This document shows positions 1 to 9,454 of a stretch of DNA of 64,000 nt, piece after piece. The notes under the pieces are model-generated. The model saw nothing but the letters and a program-made list of their open reading frames with translations. It was not told where the DNA came from and did no database searches. This stretch comes from a virus. The stretch spans positions 1 through 64,000 of the IMG/VR virus record IMGVR_UViG_3300030521_000002, one strand, 5' to 3'. The translations under genes were made by a program, and so were the position numbers. Position 1 is the stretch's first letter, and every line of letters starts with the position of its first letter.

Positions 1-52
1 GATGTCACGGGTCGCTAACGGTATAGCTAGCTAATAAGTGTTACCTTATGGT

Positions 53-292
53 TTACTCATCAGCTGAGAGCATACGAACGTGCTTGTAGTAGGCTTTTCT
101 GCTACGCATTACCCCTAAAATCTCTTGCTTTAGTGGTCGCAGCACCTTATTCAAATTGAGGATGTGGAGCTTTACAACACTGACTGAACTAGGCCCACAA
201 CAGACGTGCAGTTCCTCTTTTGCATGTAACTTACCGTCGGCCAATATCTCCAGCATCTTCGCTTGAGTTGGGGTTACGTCCATTGTTATCAC
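53..292 (-). CDS. small winged-helix DNA-binding protein (OmpR C-terminal-like)
   Basis: TPTQAKMLEIL...KEEL...VVKLHILNLNKVL pattern resembles a Trans_reg_C wHTH. Confidence 0.45.
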   Translation of the reverse strand: MITMDVTPTQAKMLEILADGKLHAKEELHVCCGPSSVSVVKLHILNLNKVLRPLKQEILGVMRSRKAYYKHVRMLSADE

Positions 293-301
293 ACTAAGCT
301 C

Positions 302-484
302 CTAGTTCACAATGCAACTAATCTTGCCTGTTATTAAAGCTACCATCATAAAAACTACTATTGCTGTAATCAAGCATCCTGGGAGCATAGGAGAATCGCC
401 TATAGGACCGCCCCAAGCCTCTAAGATTCCAACTAAAAGTAAGCATCCAGCTAAGATAGAGCCAACAATAATTAGGGGTGTCAT
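302..484 (-). CDS. small membrane protein
   Basis: two hydrophobic segments; start overlaps the upstream stop. Confidence 0.5.
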   Translation of the reverse strand: MTPLIIVGSILAGCLLLVGILEAWGGPIGDSPMLPGCLITAIVVFMMVALITGKISCIVN

Positions 485-1986
485 ACCAAACTCCTAGGAC
501 GGACTTTACTGATCTTCACACCACTGCCCCAAGCTTCCTTACTCTTACCAATCGACTGCTTAATTGCTTGTTGGATTCTAGCTCGGGTCTTCTTTTGTTG
601 GGGGTTAGATTCACCCACACCACTTGGCGTCCACGTGCATTTGCAGTGGACATGGCGTGGCAGTAATCCCCTAGCTTCGTCAATTGATAGGACAACTCCC
701 GAAAGGGAAATACACTTAGGACAGACCCTAGCTCGTTTCATTTCCGCTTCTGTGGCATTAGGCCCGGCGGCAGTCATCCACTCGACTGACACACCTACTG
801 CTTCAATTCCAAGCTGCTCAAAGGAGTCTAATTGTCCTTCACTATGCGCAGCAACAATTTCTGTTTGAGCGATGGCCAAGGCTCTGGTAATCCCAATCTT
901 ATCCACCCGGTCTACCATGTTCTTAGCCACAACCCGAGGTGAATCACCTTGGATCATCCCATCTACCAAAGTCCTGGTAATCTGCTGGTTCATCGCATCC
1001 GTCACACCCTTGAGGTCAGTGTAAGACCTGCCTATAATTGCCTTGACTCGTTGGGTCTGAACGGGCCTGCCAAAGGCGCTTCGCAAGAATTCATACCTTG
1101 ACCCTTCATAGAAACCCATCTTCTGTTTCTGGAGCTTTTCCTTGTAGCGAGTATCATCGAAAGCCCGGCTCTTCCCCTTGGCATAAGCTTCATTGATGTA
1201 CTGTCCTAGCCAAGTATCCTCGGGATTCTCTTCGCTGGTAGTTAGTACTAAAGCACTGATTCTACCTCCTAGCCATCTCCTAAACTCGCTGATCTTCTGA
1301 GGTAAAGACAGGAATCTCCAACGATCGTTGACAACTAGACCCCCACCCAACTTACTAGTCCTAAGTTTGTCCGTGGAAGAGAAGATAACTCGGTCAAATT
1401 CTAGTTCTGTTCCCTCTAGGTCATTTAGATGGAGGTACTTATCCCCACAACCAGGCTTTACATAGGCAATCGTGATATGGGGAGAGTATCCTGGTTGAGT
1501 TTGCACATGTGGTAATTCAGCAAGGCTGGCATTTAACAAACCTAGTCCTGTGCTTTCTACCTCGATCTTAACCACATCATATTCAGGATTCTTGAACAGC
1601 GAGATTTTACCTAAGCTGGCCTTGACTTTGGGATGCATGGAGATAAGGGCCTCTGCTCGCTCTCGGTCTGCATCAAAAAGCCCATAGCGGACGGTGATGT
1701 GAGGTTCATGCTCGCGGCCACGATCTGCCAAGTCCTTAGCCTTAATTTGGCTGGCCATTCGTAACACCGCTTCGCGGGCCCAGCCTCTAAGGTTGACTTG
1801 CGTGGAAGCATACTTGTACTCCTCATTGAAGATAAACCTAGGCTTCTCATTCATGCCAAACGCATCTTGGGTGACTACCAGATGGAATATCTCTTTGCGT
1901 AATTGCAAGAACCTTCTGCGCAGATCAGCACTGAACTTGCGACGGAGAAAGGTAGTTCTGGTGGGGTCCAAACGGATGGGGTTCAT
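481..1986 (-). CDS. phage head morphogenesis protein (SPP1 gp7/MuF family) with inserted 2H phosphoesterase (Acb1/gp57B-like) domain
   Basis: N-terminal DPTRT; C-terminal RALAIAQTE...EWMTA...RVCPKC...PRHVHCKC MuF signature; two HxT motifs (H96-I-T, H170-I-T) in aa ~55-213; lies downstream of the portal. Confidence 0.85.
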   Translation of the reverse strand: MNPIRLDPTRTTFLRRKFSADLRRRFLQLRKEIFHLVVTQDAFGMNEKPRFIFNEEYKYASTQVNLRGWAREAVLRMASQIKAKDLADRGREHEPHITVRYGLFDADRERAEALISMHPKVKASLGKISLFKNPEYDVVKIEVESTGLGLLNASLAELPHVQTQPGYSPHITIAYVKPGCGDKYLHLNDLEGTELEFDRVIFSSTDKLRTSKLGGGLVVNDRWRFLSLPQKISEFRRWLGGRISALVLTTSEENPEDTWLGQYINEAYAKGKSRAFDDTRYKEKLQKQKMGFYEGSRYEFLRSAFGRPVQTQRVKAIIGRSYTDLKGVTDAMNQQITRTLVDGMIQGDSPRVVAKNMVDRVDKIGITRALAIAQTEIVAAHSEGQLDSFEQLGIEAVGVSVEWMTAAGPNATEAEMKRARVCPKCISLSGVVLSIDEARGLLPRHVHCKCTWTPSGVGESNPQQKKTRARIQQAIKQSIGKSKEAWGSGVKISKVRPRSLV

Positions 1987-2201
1987 ACTGAGTTATCGTT
2001 GATGGTCGAGACAAGATCAAGTGGGACAGGAATTGGCACCAACCTAATCTTTTGGGGTAGTGCCCACTTAGCAGAGGTTATCCAACGATTAGGCTCCCAA
2101 CCTTGCCGGATTGTCGCTGTCAATTGGGCTATCTCTTCCTCCGTGGGAAGATAAGCACAACGATCCTCTTGGTTATATCCGGTTGGCATCCTAGCCTTCA
2201 T
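1983..2201 (-). CDS. hypothetical protein
   Basis: ORF overlapping both neighbours. Confidence 0.5.
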   Translation of the reverse strand: MKARMPTGYNQEDRCAYLPTEEEIAQLTATIRQGWEPNRWITSAKWALPQKIRLVPIPVPLDLVSTINDNSV

Positions 2202-2979
2202 TTCCTCGATAGTGGATTACCCCCAACTTACCTTCGTGGTTTGTTCTCAACTGGGGAACCATTACACAGACAACCTTAAACTCATCACCCCACTGAACGA
2301 CTGTTGGAGCTAAGCCAACCACAATTCTAATTACGTCAGGGGTGAGTTGGATGAGCAAGCCCTCGTTATTCTCAAGGTACTCAGTCGAAATGTCAGCATC
2401 GGTTCTTTTGTACTTAGCAACCCAAGGAACGATCCACAAATAAGGTCCGTAGTAATGAAGCTCTTCCAATTGCTTGGGGGCGAGTAAGTTCAACTGGTGG
2501 GTTGTGATTCTCCCCGGATGGTTACAAAGCCCAGGAATCTGCATTTCCTCATTACCATAGAACAGCATTGCCTCAACAGCAGCCGCTACGCTCGCCGCAT
2601 GTTCAGCACAATCTTCGAGGTTGGTAAAGCTGCTATGGGAGATTGGTAAAGGTAGGGATTGCATTTTAAATGTGGGTACATTTGCTGGAACTTCCCCTAC
2701 CTTATCTTCAATAACAATCTCTGGCTCTAACACGATATTTGGTAGGCTTGCTACTTCCAGCGAAGTCTTTTCCATGATAGCCAAGGTAATCATCGCATGT
2801 TCTTTAAATTGCGTCTCAACAATGGCATCCATCCTTGCCCATTGCTCTTTTGTCAGTCTAGCTTTCCCCTCATAGGGCTGAGCAAGCCCACCATCATTAC
2901 TTACCCAAGACGTTCCATCGGGCATTAGGTAAGGTCGCAACTTCCAAGGTTCTTGTAATTGTTCAAGTGTTGCTGTCAT
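2191..2979 (-). CDS. shortened HK97-fold capsid/encapsulin (Linocin M18-like) protein paralogue
   Basis: motifs LRPY, LTKEQWARMD, LPLPISHSSF, IPGLCNHPGR, YYGPY, LIQLTPDVIRIVVG, VVQW, FKVVCVMVPQLR, GVIH resemble this capsid family but with internal deletions. Confidence 0.6.
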   Translation of the reverse strand: MTATLEQLQEPWKLRPYLMPDGTSWVSNDGGLAQPYEGKARLTKEQWARMDAIVETQFKEHAMITLAIMEKTSLEVASLPNIVLEPEIVIEDKVGEVPANVPTFKMQSLPLPISHSSFTNLEDCAEHAASVAAAVEAMLFYGNEEMQIPGLCNHPGRITTHQLNLLAPKQLEELHYYGPYLWIVPWVAKYKRTDADISTEYLENNEGLLIQLTPDVIRIVVGLAPTVVQWGDEFKVVCVMVPQLRTNHEGKLGVIHYRGNEG

Positions 2980-3176
2980 TCGCCTTCCTCCCCTTCATCA
3001 TCGCCTTCGTCATCATCCCAGTCATCGTTACTATCATCCTCGTCCTCATCGTCTTCTTCTATCTCAGACTCATCGTCGTCATCCCAATCGTCTTCATCTT
3101 CCATGTCCGAATCATCATCCTCAGATCGGATGGGGTTATACTGCTTCGGTGGTGCTGGACGTAATGACCTGCTCAT
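2976..3176 (-). CDS. small highly acidic protein
   Basis: D/E-rich ORF with an AGGAG RBS; start/stop overlap with the next gene. Confidence 0.55.
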   Translation of the reverse strand: MSRSLRPAPPKQYNPIRSEDDDSDMEDEDDWDDDDESEIEEDDEDEDDSNDDWDDDEGDDEGEEGE

Positions 3177-3184
3177 AAAGGCTC

Positions 3185-6100
3185 CTAATGAGAATGATTC
3201 AAACCAAAACGATGATTAGCTAAACCTCCGATTGCGCCGTGCTTCCTAGCCAGTGTTGCAGTATAGATAGGTCTGGGAATTACTTGTCTGTCATTGTTAA
3301 TCATGGCTTGGATCAGAGGTTCAGCTAAGTCTTGCACCCTAGGGTCTATTGTAGCATGATTGGTAACGATCGAGTCGTTTCTCGTATAAGCAGAAACAAC
3401 AGAGTCGATTGCATGTTCAACTGCCTTTCTGCCAATATGCTTAGCGGTCGCCTTACCTACATCACCCACCACGCCTAGAGCTTGGCGAGCCACTTTCATA
3501 ATGCGACCCCCCTTCTTGCCTTCCACATGACTACCATCGCTCGTGCCGTGAATCTCGGCCTTGTTATTCTTGGCCCAACGATCCAAGGATTCCTTGTTCT
3601 TAAACTTGAGGCGGAAGGGTTTCTTAGCATCCCCTTGCGTACCATGTGCTTCGATATGTTGGGGAGTAGAACCTTTGCCACCGGACCTAGAGCGAATGCT
3701 ACGAGCGGCGGAACCTAAAATCGTATGGGCTAATTTCTTATGTTGTGACTTTAGGTGTCTTTCTTCCTTACTTTGCCCCTTACCCGTATCGAGCGGCTCG
3801 GTGAGGATCGCTTTGGCATGGCCTTTGAGCTTTTGGGCAAACTCCCCGAGCTTTTGCCTACGGAGGTCTTTGTGGGCTTGCTTTTCGCTGGCCTTAGCTT
3901 TGGCAGCGTGTTCAGGGTAGCGTTGATAAAATCGAGAACCACCGTCAGACGATCCTGAACTGCCGCCACCCTTATTAGCAAACTTACCATGATCTCTTGG
4001 ATGCTTCGATTCTTCAAAGGCATTTCTACTAATAGGGAATCCGTTTTGGGGCGGGAGTTCTTCTTCATCTTGTTCGTCGCCATAAACTCCTTGGCCCTCT
4101 TCAGGATTACCTTGTCCAAAACCTCCCAATCCTCCAGCATCTTCTTCTTCACCTGGTTGTCCACTGCCATCGCCCGTTCCATCGTCATAGATTGGTTGGC
4201 CATTTTCATCGAATCCTTGCAGTTGAGGGTCTTCCGGCCCATGTCCAGGCACTAGCTCATCCATGCCCACATCCGGGTTTACTTCCATCATATGCGATTG
4301 GGCACCTTCGAGAATCGCGGTGGCCTCGTCTTCCGTGAAGTCTAGTTCCCTAGTGAGTAAGTCAGTGGGGCTCATCAACACATCAATGCCACCACTGACA
4401 TATTGAGCCATGACTCCCATTCTCGCCGTAGCCACTTGTGCCTTCTGGAGTGAGCCTAATGCTTCGATATCTTCCCATTGTACCTTGTAGCTCACAGGTT
4501 GGGGCAACACACCCATTGCAATCAAGCGGTCCACAAAGGGGACGATGATCCTAGGAGTCAGGTACATCTTCTGTCGTTCTCTAACCCGCTTCTTCCAGGT
4601 CTCACTATCTTGAGAAGAGGCTAGTTCAGCTTGCTCACTCCCCATGAAGATACGCTTGGGGACATTGATCGTAATACAGATAGCAGTAATCTGTACATCA
4701 ATCTGCAAAGAGGGGTCACTCACCTGCGGAGCTAGTTGATTAGCCGATAGCCCCTCCGTAGCAATATGCCGTTGCAAGCTATTACGATACCTCTCCATCG
4801 CCTTCTCAAGTGCATCATAGTCAATCGTGATATCACTACCCAATTCAGGGTGAGTTTCCCACGAGATACCCATGAAAGCAGCCATCCAGAACATCTCAGC
4901 ACTACCGCCATACAGCTTCTTGAGGTCGAGTAGGCGATTGAAGACCGGACGTTGAGCAGGCACCCCGATAATCTCACTGCTATTGACGTTATCACTGCTA
5001 TTGGTAAGGTGGATTACTCTGGACCAATGCACTTGCTCGGTCGTGTTCCTAACCCCAATCCCAGGATGACTGTCTTGAGGGTCTACAAATGTGACCTGGT
5101 ACATCAACGGTTGCCCATACCGTGGATTGTTGGGGTCACGTTCGTATTGCAGGATGTTGACTAAGGACTCGTCGAAGGCCCTGAGGTAGAGCAGCTTATA
5201 CTTAGTCTCGACATGCGTTGGTTGTCCAAATTCATCCAAGTTTTTATTTCCAGATTCTTCTGCTGATCTTTCCGGGTCAAGATAGTCGGACCCACCCTGA
5301 ATCTCTTCTCCGTCTGCGCCCTCAACCTCTGGGCCGACTGGTTCTTCTGTTTCGAGGTTGACATCTTCCAATGATCCTCCATAGTTAGGCTCGATTGGTA
5401 AATCTTGTTGATCCTGCTCATCCCCTACGTTTGGGTCATTTTGCCCTAGTCTTTCCCACTCTTCATCATCCATTCCAGGCGGCTTACCGTTAACAGGAAC
5501 ATCATCCTCCTCATTGTTAGCGTCGAAGTTATACGCCATCTGCTCTTTGCGGTCCTGGCGTTGCTTATCCAACATCTCAGGAGTAAGTTCCTTGTCTGGC
5601 GGAGAATTGAGCTTATCCAGCTTCTCAGCACCACCAGGAGTTAGTAAGGGATCATCACTTTGCGAAAGACTCGTCTCTGCCGGATAATCACCTTCACCAG
5701 AACCATACTCTGGCTTAAGCTTGGGGAAACCTTTCTCAAAGCCCTCCACAGCCTCTCGGAGGGGCTTACCATCGTCGATACCCATCAGTAAAATACCAAA
5801 GCTCCCAATCCTGGTAAGAATATCCGCTCGTCTGAGATACTCCCAAATCGGGTTGCCTTCCTCATCCTCATGCCAACTCTCACCCTTAAGGGACATTCCT
5901 ACTTGATCGAAGGCCAGCTCAAAGGGAGTCTCTACCTCTGCATCATCATCTTCCGTAATGCTGACATTAGATTGCCAACACTCCTTGGGCCAGATTTCCA
6001 CAACCCGCGTAGCAATCCCCTCGCGGTCATACATCTGCCGATAGTCTTGGGAAGAGATTTCAGTAGTTTCTGGATAACCACACTCTTGGTCAATATCTCG

Positions 6101-6232
6101 ACGGTTATCAGTACCAGCAGAGACTTGCCGTCTAGTGAGTGTGGCATTATTCACTAGATCAACCATCTTGCGCATTTGATTCAACACAATAGGATCACGA
6201 CCATCCGGGTAACTAACCATTCCTGTTGCCAT
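3185..6232 (-). CDS. portal protein (DUF1073-like) with acidic insertion and long C-terminal extension
   Basis: YDREGIATRVVE, RYGQPLMY, VHWSRVIH, NRLLDLKKLYGGSAEMFW, PKRIFMGSE...LASSQD motifs; follows TerL. Confidence 0.85.
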   Translation of the reverse strand: MATGMVSYPDGRDPIVLNQMRKMVDLVNNATLTRRQVSAGTDNRRDIDQECGYPETTEISSQDYRQMYDREGIATRVVEIWPKECWQSNVSITEDDDAEVETPFELAFDQVGMSLKGESWHEDEEGNPIWEYLRRADILTRIGSFGILLMGIDDGKPLREAVEGFEKGFPKLKPEYGSGEGDYPAETSLSQSDDPLLTPGGAEKLDKLNSPPDKELTPEMLDKQRQDRKEQMAYNFDANNEEDDVPVNGKPPGMDDEEWERLGQNDPNVGDEQDQQDLPIEPNYGGSLEDVNLETEEPVGPEVEGADGEEIQGGSDYLDPERSAEESGNKNLDEFGQPTHVETKYKLLYLRAFDESLVNILQYERDPNNPRYGQPLMYQVTFVDPQDSHPGIGVRNTTEQVHWSRVIHLTNSSDNVNSSEIIGVPAQRPVFNRLLDLKKLYGGSAEMFWMAAFMGISWETHPELGSDITIDYDALEKAMERYRNSLQRHIATEGLSANQLAPQVSDPSLQIDVQITAICITINVPKRIFMGSEQAELASSQDSETWKKRVRERQKMYLTPRIIVPFVDRLIAMGVLPQPVSYKVQWEDIEALGSLQKAQVATARMGVMAQYVSGGIDVLMSPTDLLTRELDFTEDEATAILEGAQSHMMEVNPDVGMDELVPGHGPEDPQLQGFDENGQPIYDDGTGDGSGQPGEEEDAGGLGGFGQGNPEEGQGVYGDEQDEEELPPQNGFPISRNAFEESKHPRDHGKFANKGGGSSGSSDGGSRFYQRYPEHAAKAKASEKQAHKDLRRQKLGEFAQKLKGHAKAILTEPLDTGKGQSKEERHLKSQHKKLAHTILGSAARSIRSRSGGKGSTPQHIEAHGTQGDAKKPFRLKFKNKESLDRWAKNNKAEIHGTSDGSHVEGKKGGRIMKVARQALGVVGDVGKATAKHIGRKAVEHAIDSVVSAYTRNDSIVTNHATIDPRVQDLAEPLIQAMINNDRQVIPRPIYTATLARKHGAIGGLANHRFGLNHSH

Positions 6233-6418
6233 AATTCACTCCTTAGAGCGATGAGTAGTTCCACCAGAGTATTGGAAATAAGATCATTTCGAGGATTATC
6301 AAGCTGAGCAATACGGATATAACCAGTCCATAGATAAACCCGCAACAGCATGAAGCTTCACCACACGCTTCACAGGCATCTACAACGCTCGGTGGAGTTG
6401 GTTTAGGTGGTTGGTTCA

Positions 6419-6778
6419 TTATATCAGCGATTCGGCAAGGCTGTTCTTGCTCTTGCGAACCGTACAGAGAACGCATGGTAAATTGACAAGGCCCCCACAA
6501 CCTTTACAACGCACTAACTTCAGGGGGTCGATATAAGCGGGACGTGTACTAACTATTGGCTCTTGTTGTGCTTGCCGCTTTTGCAGTGATTGGTGCGGGA
6601 GGATTTTGCGGTAGCTCTTGCGATCCTCGACAACTTTCGCATGGTAGGCAACGTATGTTCCATTTCTGACTTGAGCAACAACACCCGTCGCTAATCCCAT
6701 CAAATCAGCAACCAACCTATCGCTGTATCCCCTTATGATGTAGCTGTGGATGGCTTCGATCTGAGTTTCTCTAAGCAT
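6419..6778 (-). CDS. hypothetical protein (HTH-like N-terminus, C-terminal CxxC..CxxC)
   Basis: YSDRLVADLMGLATGVVAQVRNG; RCKGCGG...PCVLC. Confidence 0.5.
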   Translation of the reverse strand: MLRETQIEAIHSYIIRGYSDRLVADLMGLATGVVAQVRNGTYVAYHAKVVEDRKSYRKILPHQSLQKRQAQQEPIVSTRPAYIDPLKLVRCKGCGGLVNLPCVLCTVRKSKNSLAESLI

Positions 6779-7182
6779 TGCATAATATCCTGTTGCATGA
6801 GTTTTACTTCAGACCGCATGGGGACCAAATCCAGTGGCCCCGTTTCCTTGATCTGCTTACCACCCTCACCACGATAACTGATGGTTTGTTGCATCGGGGC
6901 GCTACGGTTAATCTGCTCTTGCTCCAACATGGCAATCCTTCTTTTGAGGATTGTATGCTCTTGCCGTAGTATCCGCAACCTTTTCAAATAGTAGCGGTAG
7001 ATAAGCCGCTCTTTAGCTAGCTCGTTCTCTGGTGGTGGGAATTCAGGACCGGCATAGCTATCCTTGGCGTAGGTCCAACCATCAGGGAACAATAGCTTCC
7101 CCTGGTGTTCTAAGGGAGTACCGCCATGCTCAGCACAGAACTGCTTGAAATAGGCTCGCCAGTCGAGTTGCAGGAGTTTCAA
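6733..7182 (-). CDS. hypothetical protein
   Basis: 149-aa ORF in a packed operon. Confidence 0.55.
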   Translation of the reverse strand: MKLLQLDWRAYFKQFCAEHGGTPLEHQGKLLFPDGWTYAKDSYAGPEFPPPENELAKERLIYRYYLKRLRILRQEHTILKRRIAMLEQEQINRSAPMQQTISYRGEGGKQIKETGPLDLVPMRSEVKLMQQDIMQCLEKLRSKPSTATS

Positions 7183-7529
7183 TGTTCAATCCCCGGAAGA
7201 ATGCTAAGAATTTCATCTTCTGTAAGACCTAGTGAACGCAAATGATCCCTGTCACAAACCAACATACCTTGCTGATTAAGAACAGACCTAGACCAAACTT
7301 GCCTTTGACTTAGCAAAACGTCGTTGTGATCGAACTTCTGCATAGTCACCATCACATAATGGTAGTCGGGCTTTGATTGATACCGAAACTGGGGTTTCAT
7401 CTCACAAACTACCTTATGCCCAAACCACTCAGACCCAGTTACCTCTCGCTTGGGCAACAACCCTGCCAACATCCCAGCGAATGGTAATCCCAATAATGAA
7501 CGGCGGTTAATCTTCGTTATCCCAGCCAT
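7179..7529 (-). CDS. hypothetical protein (twin-arginine-like N-terminus NRRSLLG)
   Basis: ORF in operon; RR motif followed by a short hydrophobic stretch. Confidence 0.45.
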   Translation of the reverse strand: MAGITKINRRSLLGLPFAGMLAGLLPKREVTGSEWFGHKVVCEMKPQFRYQSKPDYHYVMVTMQKFDHNDVLLSQRQVWSRSVLNQQGMLVCDRDHLRSLGLTEDEILSILPGIEH

Positions 7530-7864
7530 GTAATATCTTCCTAGCTATAGGTTTGTCAAAGAGCTTGCAGATTATGAACAGGGCCATGAGGACTGGCCAA
7601 AATACTGACACTACAAGACAGATTACCATTTCTTCTACTCGGTCCCAAAAGGACCACTTACCCCAGATATCACAGGAATCACCCACTTGTAATCCCCAGA
7701 AGAAGCATAAGCCGCAAAGGTAGATTATGTACATTCCATTTCCTCCCGAGCATCACTAGCCACAAACATAATATCCCCACACTTAGGACAAGTAGGATGT
7801 TCCAATCGAGGGTTGGTAATCCTCACGTAGGCGAAGCACTCAGAGCACCAGAAGGTTATGATTG

Positions 7865-9454
7865 TCATGCTGCGCCTAACACTTTCTTAATAGGCTTGTT
7901 GAAGAAACCATAGACTGCCAATACCAGACTATCCGCCTCATCCGGGGAACAGCCTAGTATTTCTTGGAGGGTAATCTCCTCACTGTCCTTATTCTTCTTG
8001 GTCTTAGGGGGCAAGTATAACCTACCCTCCGCATCATACAATAAAGGCATTAGAGAGAGTTGCCTTCTGAGTTCACTATACTCTGCTGGAATACCGAAAC
8101 CCCCTCGCTTCCATTGAGATTGCTCATCTAGCTCTTGCAAGGTTGGGTCAAGCAGGTTGAACCTCAATAGCCCATACATCTCTGCCCTACGATTCTTGTA
8201 GGTATACTTCTCCTCTCGTTCCTCCCTGCGCTCATTCCTAGTCGCCTTACGATTGGCTTGTTCAGGAATGTGGTTCGTAGCCGGTTCTCCAAAGCCCACC
8301 GTCCTTACATTATAGCCTCGCTTACGCAGTGCATCGGCGTGTTGCTTACCACCTCCCCCACGGTCAAAGATCACATTCTCTGGTAAGAGGTTAAACTCTC
8401 TAATCAGCCCGATGGTAATGTTAGGAATCACGGAAGTATCAGGGGTGCTCATTACCACCATCTTCATAATCCCTTTCTCATCCATGATGCACCAGGCTGT
8501 ATCGTCTCCACCCTCTCCCGTATCAATGCCCATCGTCTTAGCAATACGCTTGCGAGAGATACTCATGTACTCCCGTTCTACCTTGTCAGCAATCTCTTCG
8601 GCCCTATTCAACCATTCTGGAGGATACAAGAAGAATTCAGCACTTTCACAAAACTCAGCGTCAAGCCCTACCATCTGCTGGGGTTTGGTCCAGAGCTTTC
8701 TACGCTTGAGATACGTGGGCCAATCCACCACACCGGGTACGAGCGTTGCGCCAGTCGGCTTGATCCCCTTGTGTTGTTGAGTCAGGGCCAGCCTCACATT
8801 AGGGCTATCCTCGGCCTTAATTTTGATGATCTTACGATGGAAGCCTGGTCCATCATCCCGCTTAATATCCCCACCCTTCACGCCACGATAAAAGAAGTTC
8901 GTACAAGGCAGACAATTACCGATCACCAAAGTACGATGTGCCCATGTTTCACTAGCAGTCTTGTATTGATCCTTAATCGAACTGGCCTCATCGAAAACGG
9001 CCAGTGTTCTAGGCAGGAAGTCCCTACCGCGTTCCAAGTGATGGCCCTGCATCGTCTCGACCACATTCGTCACAATCCCATGAATGTAGCTCCTCGCCTC
9101 AAACCCACTATTCGTGAGTTGCTTACCCATCATGTCAGAGGGTGTGACATAGATCGGGAGATTATACCTGCTAGTCTGTAATAACCTCCGCATCTCACCC
9201 CACAGCACATCCTTGAGTTGAGTTTCACTAGAACTACTCGGCACAATTCGGCAGGGGCTACGTGATGAGAAGAACCACAGGCAACCTACTGCTGTGATAT
9301 AGTCCTTACCGAGTTGATTCCCAGCAGGTACGATCGTCTCGTCATTGTCCCTGAGTGAGAGTAGAATCTCAGCTTGCTTATCGTAGATCACACTATCAGG
9401 CCAGCAGAGCTTGATAAATCGCAGGGGGTCTAGCAATAGCTCGTGGAGGTTCAT
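7865..9454 (-). CDS. terL: terminase large subunit
   Basis: Walker A AGNQLGKD, Walker B VFDEAS, nuclease motifs MGIDTGEGGDDT and SPDEADSLVLA. Confidence 0.92.
   Translation of the reverse strand: MNLHELLLDPLRFIKLCWPDSVIYDKQAEILLSLRDNDETIVPAGNQLGKDYITAVGCLWFFSSRSPCRIVPSSSSETQLKDVLWGEMRRLLQTSRYNLPIYVTPSDMMGKQLTNSGFEARSYIHGIVTNVVETMQGHHLERGRDFLPRTLAVFDEASSIKDQYKTASETWAHRTLVIGNCLPCTNFFYRGVKGGDIKRDDGPGFHRKIIKIKAEDSPNVRLALTQQHKGIKPTGATLVPGVVDWPTYLKRRKLWTKPQQMVGLDAEFCESAEFFLYPPEWLNRAEEIADKVEREYMSISRKRIAKTMGIDTGEGGDDTAWCIMDEKGIMKMVVMSTPDTSVIPNITIGLIREFNLLPENVIFDRGGGGKQHADALRKRGYNVRTVGFGEPATNHIPEQANRKATRNERREEREEKYTYKNRRAEMYGLLRFNLLDPTLQELDEQSQWKRGGFGIPAEYSELRRQLSLMPLLYDAEGRLYLPPKTKKNKDSEEITLQEILGCSPDEADSLVLAVYGFFNKPIKKVLGAA

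Noticed and set aside
2959-3219. Ser-rich and hydrophobic + strand ORFs
   Set aside because: antisense shadows of the acidic D/E-rich gene
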